From NCBI GenBank assembly GCA_050115495.1, contig JASFQK010000011.1:64001-128000 (forward strand): a stretch of DNA of 64,000 nucleotides, read 5' to 3'. Source of the stretch: Phycisphaerae bacterium. GTDB taxonomy: Bacteria; Planctomycetota; Phycisphaerae; UBA1845; Fen-1342. Positions within the stretch are counted from its first letter, which is position 1. The number at the start of each line of letters is the position of its first letter. The position numbers were made by a program, and so were the translations under genes. The notes beneath the pieces were generated by a model. The model was not told the origin of the DNA and did no database searches. It saw nothing but the letters and a program-made list of their open reading frames with translations. Shown here one piece after another: positions 58,944 to 64,000 of this stretch.

Positions 58944-59067
58944 GGGAGACCTCCGGGGTTGGGGGAGGGCGGACCAGCGGTCGCGGCGGAAGACGCCGCG
59001 ACCGGGGTCCGGGAGGGAAGGAGGCTTGTGTGTGGTCGATGAAGAGCCATTCGTGACTCGATTAGCA

Positions 59068-59112
59068 TCGTTACATTAATCACAATATGGCATAATAGAA
59101 CGGTATCGTCAA
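59068..59112 (-). promoter_or_regulatory. Sigma70 promoter of the rex-hyd operon overlapped by a Rex operator
   Basis: TTGACG-N17-CATATT with TG extension; TTGTGAT-TAAT-GTAACGA at 59068-59085. Confidence 0.75.
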
Positions 59113-59168
59113 GAGGGCGCGCCAAGATTTAACGATATCGTTTGCCGTTTGCTGTGCGGCGTGGAACG

Positions 59169-59186
59169 CTGTCACATATCGCACAG
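59169..59186. promoter_or_regulatory. Second putative Rex operator
   Basis: CTGTGCG-ATAT-GTGACAG (minus strand), imperfect 18-bp palindrome. Confidence 0.5.
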
Positions 59187-59308
59187 GCCGAGCCGGTCAG
59201 TGTTTCCGGCGAGAAATCGGTGATTATCGTGATTTGAGCTAGATATTATCGGTCAAGGTCGCGGTCGACGGTCGCTGCGCAAACTGGCGCACGCGCGTCT
59301 GGATACCC

Positions 59309-60286
59309 TCACATCGTATACTGCTGTCCGGATTCGCCTTTCGGAGGCGGGTCGTCGGCGTTCTCCGAGCGCGGCGGACGGACCTTCAGCACGGGCGGTG
59401 TGATCGAGACCTGGTGGCCTGGGGCGACATCCTTCGTCAGGAATACCGAGCCGCCGACAATAGAACCTTCGCCCAACTGGGCCGTGCCGAGCACGATCGC
59501 GTTGGCGTAAACGGTCACGTTGTCGCGCACGGTGGGATGGCGCTTGTGCCCCCGGATCAGCCGACCACGCTCGTCCTTCGGGAAGGACAGAGCGCCGAGG
59601 GTGACACCCTGATAGAGCTTCACGTGGTCGCCGATGTCGGTTGTTTCGCCGACAACGACGCCGGTGCCGTGATCGACGAAGAAGCTGCGGCCGATGCGGG
59701 CGCCGGGGTGGATGTCGATGCCGGTGCGATGGTGAGCGTGCTCGGTCATGATGCGGGGCATGAGCGGCACGCCGAGCTCGTAGAGCTTGTGCGCGTAGCG
59801 GTGGATCGTGACGGCGAAGACCGACGGGTACGCAAGAATGCACTCGCTGGTGCTGGCGGCGGCGGGATCACCGTCGTAGGCGGCCTGCACGTCTTCGGCG
59901 AGGGCGCGGCGGATCTCGGGCAGGCATTCGAGGAACTGACTGGCCAGTTGCCGGGCGCGGTCGGCGCAGAGCTCGATGCGTTCACCGTCGCCGGCGGCGA
60001 GCTCGGCCTCGTGGCAGAGGCACTGCTGGATGTTGTCGACGAGCTGTTCCCACAGTCGCGGTAGCAGTTCCCCGACGTGGTAGCTGATGTTGTGACGCGA
60101 GAGGCCCATGCGGCCGAAGAAGCCGGGATAGGTCAGCTCCATCAGCATGTTGCAGATGCCGATGATGGCGGCGGTGGAGGGGAGGTACTCCTTGTCGATG
60201 CGGTGTGTGCGCTCGTCGGCGAAGTAGCTTTCGACGAGACGGTCGACGAGACGCGGGAGATCGGCGCCAAGATGTTGCGGCGGCAT
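59309..60286 (-). CDS. cysE: Serine O-acetyltransferase (long EpsC-type)
   Basis: AAYDGDPAA, TGIDIHPGARIG, DHGTGVVVGET, YQGVTLG and KRHPT motifs. Confidence 0.93.
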   Translation of the reverse strand: MPPQHLGADLPRLVDRLVESYFADERTHRIDKEYLPSTAAIIGICNMLMELTYPGFFGRMGLSRHNISYHVGELLPRLWEQLVDNIQQCLCHEAELAAGDGERIELCADRARQLASQFLECLPEIRRALAEDVQAAYDGDPAAASTSECILAYPSVFAVTIHRYAHKLYELGVPLMPRIMTEHAHHRTGIDIHPGARIGRSFFVDHGTGVVVGETTDIGDHVKLYQGVTLGALSFPKDERGRLIRGHKRHPTVRDNVTVYANAIVLGTAQLGEGSIVGGSVFLTKDVAPGHQVSITPPVLKVRPPRSENADDPPPKGESGQQYTM

Positions 60287-60364
60287 GGACAAGCTCCTCG
60301 AATACACAGCGCGGGCCCAGAGCCAGATGCTCCGGGCCCGCCGCGACTATGCTGAGATCCTAGG

Positions 60365-60420
60365 TTTGAAATCTCAAATCTCAGATATCGCATCTGAGAC
60401 CTCAAATCTGAGATTTCAAA
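60365..60420. repeat. AT-rich heptamer array x8 with terminal inverted repeat
   Basis: tttgaaa tctcaaa tctcaga tatcgca tctgaga cctcaaa tctgaga tttcaaa; the 12-bp ends are reverse complements. Confidence 0.85.
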
Positions 60421-60441
60421 TCCGGCACTTCAGGTCTCTTC

Positions 60442-63192
60442 TCAAATCTGCGGCACGGTGCGGCCACGCTGGTCCCAGCAGCGGATGTCCACCTGATCGA
60501 GGCCGAAGCCGGCGCCGGTGCGAATGGCGATCGTCCGGCGGTGCTTGGTCTCGAGATCGTGCAGCAGGGCCCGCTTGCGGTTGAGCAGCAGATCGCCGAC
60601 CTCCTGCGAGACCGTCACCTCGATGAGGTAGACGTTGTCGCGGACGGCGTTGATCTGGAGCGTGCGCATCACGTCGAGCGTGACCGATTCGGCCGTGCGC
60701 ACCATACCCGTCCCGCGACATTGCGGGCAGTCCTGGTAGGCGCTGCGGGTCAGGCTGGCCCGCTGCCGCTGGCGCGTCATCTCGATGATGCCGAAGGCGC
60801 TCATGCGCAGGATCTTGGCGCGTTCCTTGTGGGCCTTGAGGTTCTGGGCCAGGCGCCGCTCGATCTCGCGCTTGTGCGACTCGACCCGCATGTCGATGAA
60901 GTCGCAGATGATCACGCCGCCCAGGTCGCGCAGGCGGAGCTGGCGGGCGATCTCGTCGGCGGCCTCGCAGTTGATCTTGTAGGCGGTGGCCTCGGCGTCG
61001 TCCTCGGTGCGGAAGCGGCCGCTGTTGACGTCGATGGCCACGAGGGCCTCGGTCGACTCGATGACCAGCGAGCCGCCCGACTTCAGCGGGACATGCCGCG
61101 AGTGCAGCCGGTCGAGCTCAGCCTCGACGCCGTACTTGTGGAAGACGGGCCGGGCTTCGGTGTACTCGGTGACCACGTCGCCGCTGCGCGGGCTGAAAAT
61201 GTGCAGGAACTCGCGGGCCCGACTGGCGACGGCGGTGTCATCGACGACGATGCGGCCGATCTCGGCGCTGTACAGATCGCGAATCGTGCGAATGACGAGG
61301 TCGGATTCGCGGTACAGCTCGGCGGGGGCACGCTCGGCCTGGATGCGCTTCTCGACGGCCCGCCAGAGGCGGACGAGGTAGCGCAGGTCCGATTGCAGTT
61401 CGCGCTTGGTGCGGCCCTGGGCGGCGGTGCGGGCGATGAAGCCGATGCCGTCGGGCAGCTCGAGCTCGCCGAGCTGGTGCCGCAGCGTGTGCCGCGTGTC
61501 CTCGTCCTCGATTTTGCGCGAGACGCCGAGGCGGCGCATGCCGGGCATCATGACCAGGAAGCGGCCGGGGATGCTCAGGTACGTTGAGAGGGTCGGGCCC
61601 TTGGTGCCGATGCCCTCCTTGGTGATCTGCACGATGACCTGCTGTCCGCGGCGGAGGCAGCGCTGGATCGGCGGGCGGTTCCGCCGGGGGATCTTGCAGC
61701 CGACGTTCTCGGCCGGCTGGCCACCGTCGGGGAAGTACTGCGGGTGCAGGTCGGAGATGTGCAGGAATCCGTTCTTGCCCAGGCCGAAGTCGACGAAGGC
61801 GGCCTGGATGCTGGGCTCGACGTTGGTGACCACGCCCTTGTAGATGTTGCCGACGTGGTTCTCGGAGGAGGCCCGCTCGATGTAGATCTCTTCGAGGACG
61901 CCCTTGTGCAGGATGGCGATGCGGCATTCTTCCCGGGGGAAGACGTTGATGATCATTTCCTTGTCGGGGCGGACGTGGCTCGCCCGGGCGGGCTCGTCGT
62001 CCTCCTCGGAGAACTCCGCCGGCTTGGGCTGGGCCTTTCCGCCGGAACGCCGGCCACGGCGCGACCGCCGATCTCCACGACGGCCTCGGCGGTTGTCGTC
62101 CTCCGGAGCCGGGGCAGGGGCGTCGGCGATGGCGACGGATGCGGGCTCGGAAGGCTCGACCGGCTCGATGGGTTCGATGGGCTCAACGTCCTCGTCGAAC
62201 TCGTCCTCGGCGGGTTCCAGCGCGGCGGCCGGCTCCGGTGCGGGCGCGAGCGCCGGACGGGCCACCGGCTCGCCGTCGCGGGGCGTCTCCGTACGTCGCC
62301 GGCGGCGCATGCGGCGCTTCTGACTGGGCGTGAGGCGCTGTTGAGCCGATGTCGCCGGGCGTTCCAGCTCCTCGTCGGCCGGCTCGCGGTGCGCGGTCTC
62401 GGTCGAGGGGGCGCGATCGCCACCGGCGGATTGGCGGGCTTCGGCGGGCTGCTGGTCGGCACCGGGCGCCGCAGAGCGGGGCTTGCGCCGACGGCCGCGA
62501 CGCCGCCGCTTGCGCGGTGCCGGCGTCTCACCGGCTTCGACTTGCTCGCCAGCGTCGGGCGCGGGTTCCTCGACCCGAAACGCCGAGGGCTCGACGTCTT
62601 CGTCGAACAGATCGCCGCGGTCCTCGGTGTCGTCGGTGAACTCCGCTACCGGCTCGGGTTCTTCCGGCGCTAAGGCCGGTTCTTCGTCGGCCGGTGCTTC
62701 CTCTGGCGGTGCCAGTTTGACCGGTGGGGCCTCGGCCTCGACTTCGGCTTCGACGTCGACCGGCTCGGGCTCCCGGGCCGCCTGCGGCTTCTCGGGTAGC
62801 GGCTGGAAGGGCGGGGGGGCCACTGGCGGGAAACGGATGACGATAGCGCCGCCGGCCTGCTCCACCTGCGCTTCGGACCCTTCCGCTTCCACGTCGGTCG
62901 TGGTGTCCGCAGGCGCCGGAGGCTCGGCAACCGCGGCCGCCGACTCGGGCTGCTCGACGACCGGCGTCTTCTTCTTCCGAGGACGCGACGTCTTGCGTTT
63001 GGCCTTCTTGACGGGTGTGGGCGTTTCGGTGGCGGGGGCACCGTCGGCGGGTGCCTGGAGAGTGGCGACGGCTTCGCCCTCGGGGGCGACAGCCTCGGTG
63101 GCTTCGGGCGTGGCGGCGGCGGCCGCGACTTTCTTGGTTCGCGTCGTCTTGCGGCGCTTCTTAACCGTTGGGGATTTCTTCTGCTCTGCCAA
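60442..63192 (-). CDS. Ribonuclease E/G family with long N-terminal disordered region
   Basis: GNIYKGVV..QAAFVD, KEGIGTKGP, AIDVNSG, LRLRDLGG..DFIDM and CPQCRGTG; TTG start after GGAAGGA inferred. Confidence 0.95.
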   Translation of the reverse strand: MAEQKKSPTVKKRRKTTRTKKVAAAAATPEATEAVAPEGEAVATLQAPADGAPATETPTPVKKAKRKTSRPRKKKTPVVEQPESAAAVAEPPAPADTTTDVEAEGSEAQVEQAGGAIVIRFPPVAPPPFQPLPEKPQAAREPEPVDVEAEVEAEAPPVKLAPPEEAPADEEPALAPEEPEPVAEFTDDTEDRGDLFDEDVEPSAFRVEEPAPDAGEQVEAGETPAPRKRRRRGRRRKPRSAAPGADQQPAEARQSAGGDRAPSTETAHREPADEELERPATSAQQRLTPSQKRRMRRRRRTETPRDGEPVARPALAPAPEPAAALEPAEDEFDEDVEPIEPIEPVEPSEPASVAIADAPAPAPEDDNRRGRRGDRRSRRGRRSGGKAQPKPAEFSEEDDEPARASHVRPDKEMIINVFPREECRIAILHKGVLEEIYIERASSENHVGNIYKGVVTNVEPSIQAAFVDFGLGKNGFLHISDLHPQYFPDGGQPAENVGCKIPRRNRPPIQRCLRRGQQVIVQITKEGIGTKGPTLSTYLSIPGRFLVMMPGMRRLGVSRKIEDEDTRHTLRHQLGELELPDGIGFIARTAAQGRTKRELQSDLRYLVRLWRAVEKRIQAERAPAELYRESDLVIRTIRDLYSAEIGRIVVDDTAVASRAREFLHIFSPRSGDVVTEYTEARPVFHKYGVEAELDRLHSRHVPLKSGGSLVIESTEALVAIDVNSGRFRTEDDAEATAYKINCEAADEIARQLRLRDLGGVIICDFIDMRVESHKREIERRLAQNLKAHKERAKILRMSAFGIIEMTRQRQRASLTRSAYQDCPQCRGTGMVRTAESVTLDVMRTLQINAVRDNVYLIEVTVSQEVGDLLLNRKRALLHDLETKHRRTIAIRTGAGFGLDQVDIRCWDQRGRTVPQI

Positions 63193-63916
63193 GTTGTATT
63201 CCTTCCGGAGTGATCGGGGGCCCGTCGGGGCCCACCAGCTCCATGTCCCAGCGAACCTCGCAGCGGCAGACGGCGTGGTTGTGCGCGTCGCCGGCGAGGC
63301 CCAATGCCGTGAGGATTTCGGACGGCCGGGCGGTGCGCTGCCCATCGCAGCGCAACTGAATTCGCAAGACCGGGCCGTCCAGCGTTAATGTCTCTAGGTA
63401 AGGTCGGATGTCCAACGGAGCGGGCGCCCGGCGGGCGTCGGTCTCGCGATGGACGAGGATTTCGTTAAGGGCCAATACGTCTTCGAGCCGCCGGCTGATG
63501 TCGCGGGCTTCGCGCGCGGGCAGCGTCACGGTGTACGTGACGCCGACCGGGTGCGGCGTTCCCGCAGGTGCCGGGGCGATGAGCTGCCGCAGCGTGATGC
63601 CGCGCGGCAGCGTGGCGGCGAGGCGGTCGGCGAGCTCCCGCGCGGGGCGAGGCTCACGCAACTCCACCAGCAGCCACTGACAGGTAGACGCCATGCCGAC
63701 GCTGCGCGGCAGGGGTAGCACCAGGCGCGGCAGGGGGTTGAACCCCTGCGAATAGCGGAGCGGCCAGCGGGCCCGCACCAAAGCGCGAACCAGCAGGCGC
63801 AGCTCGTCGTGATGCGAGAGGTAGCGCAAATCGCCCGCCACGGCGTACTCGCCGGCGGCGCGGAAACGCTCCGCCGGGGCGTCGGGCACCTGTCGCTCGA
63901 GGGGCCGGTCCGTCAT
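63161..63916 (-). CDS. Radical SAM-linked protein (TIGR03936/DUF2344-like)
   Basis: GDLRYLSHHD..RA..PLRYSQGFNP.P....P..VG; usual position upstream of rne/rng. Confidence 0.85.
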   Translation of the reverse strand: MTDRPLERQVPDAPAERFRAAGEYAVAGDLRYLSHHDELRLLVRALVRARWPLRYSQGFNPLPRLVLPLPRSVGMASTCQWLLVELREPRPARELADRLAATLPRGITLRQLIAPAPAGTPHPVGVTYTVTLPAREARDISRRLEDVLALNEILVHRETDARRAPAPLDIRPYLETLTLDGPVLRIQLRCDGQRTARPSEILTALGLAGDAHNHAVCRCEVRWDMELVGPDGPPITPEGIQLGRAEEIPNG

Positions 63917-64000
63917 CAGAGGGCCTCCGGCGGCAGGATCCTGCGGGCTTCCTCGCGCAGGAAGTTGAAGATCTGGCGATCCGCGTCCATGCGCATGACC
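63916..64000 (-). CDS. 3-prime end of a truncated CDS (unknown product)
   Basis: Open frame ..VMRMDADRQIFNFLREEARRILPPEAL* whose TGA overlaps the next ATG. Confidence 0.55.
   Translation of the reverse strand, partial: VMRMDADRQIFNFLREEARRILPPEAL

Overview
High-GC bacterial chromosome segment. The gene complement suggests an anaerobic or facultative Planctomycetota member, possibly Phycisphaerae-like (inference). The left half (1-33 kb) is mixed housekeeping and envelope genes: an ECF sigma/anti-sigma/lipoprotein unit, purA-uppS-cdsA, pgsA-pgpA, a kinase-fold membrane protein, a membrane pyrophosphatase, rpsU, a Tat-exported SOD, ndk, tRNA-Tyr, and a TonB receptor/periplasmic binding protein/hybrid kinase cassette. 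The right half (33.4-59 kb) is a minus-strand, roughly 26 kb [FeFe]-hydrogenase supercluster. It holds rex, a canonical HydABC, a sensory hydrogenase-histidine kinase fusion with a phosphorelay, and hydE-hydG-aspA-hydF (interrupted by a DMP19-like gene and REP-like palindromes). It continues with a DRTGG/PHP module whose RsbT-like kinase is fused to a degenerate hydrogenase domain, and a second hydrogenase whose HydB is fused to a GltD/NfnB-like NADPH module. The window ends with cysE, an RNase E/G gene and a TIGR03936-like gene. The most notable non-coding signal is a candidate ~110-nt sRNA at 26213-26326 (minus strand) with a promoter, two hairpins with C-rich anti-SD-like loops, and a terminator. 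No CRISPR array, rRNA, integrase or transposase was seen. All calls come from reading motifs by eye; no database search was run.
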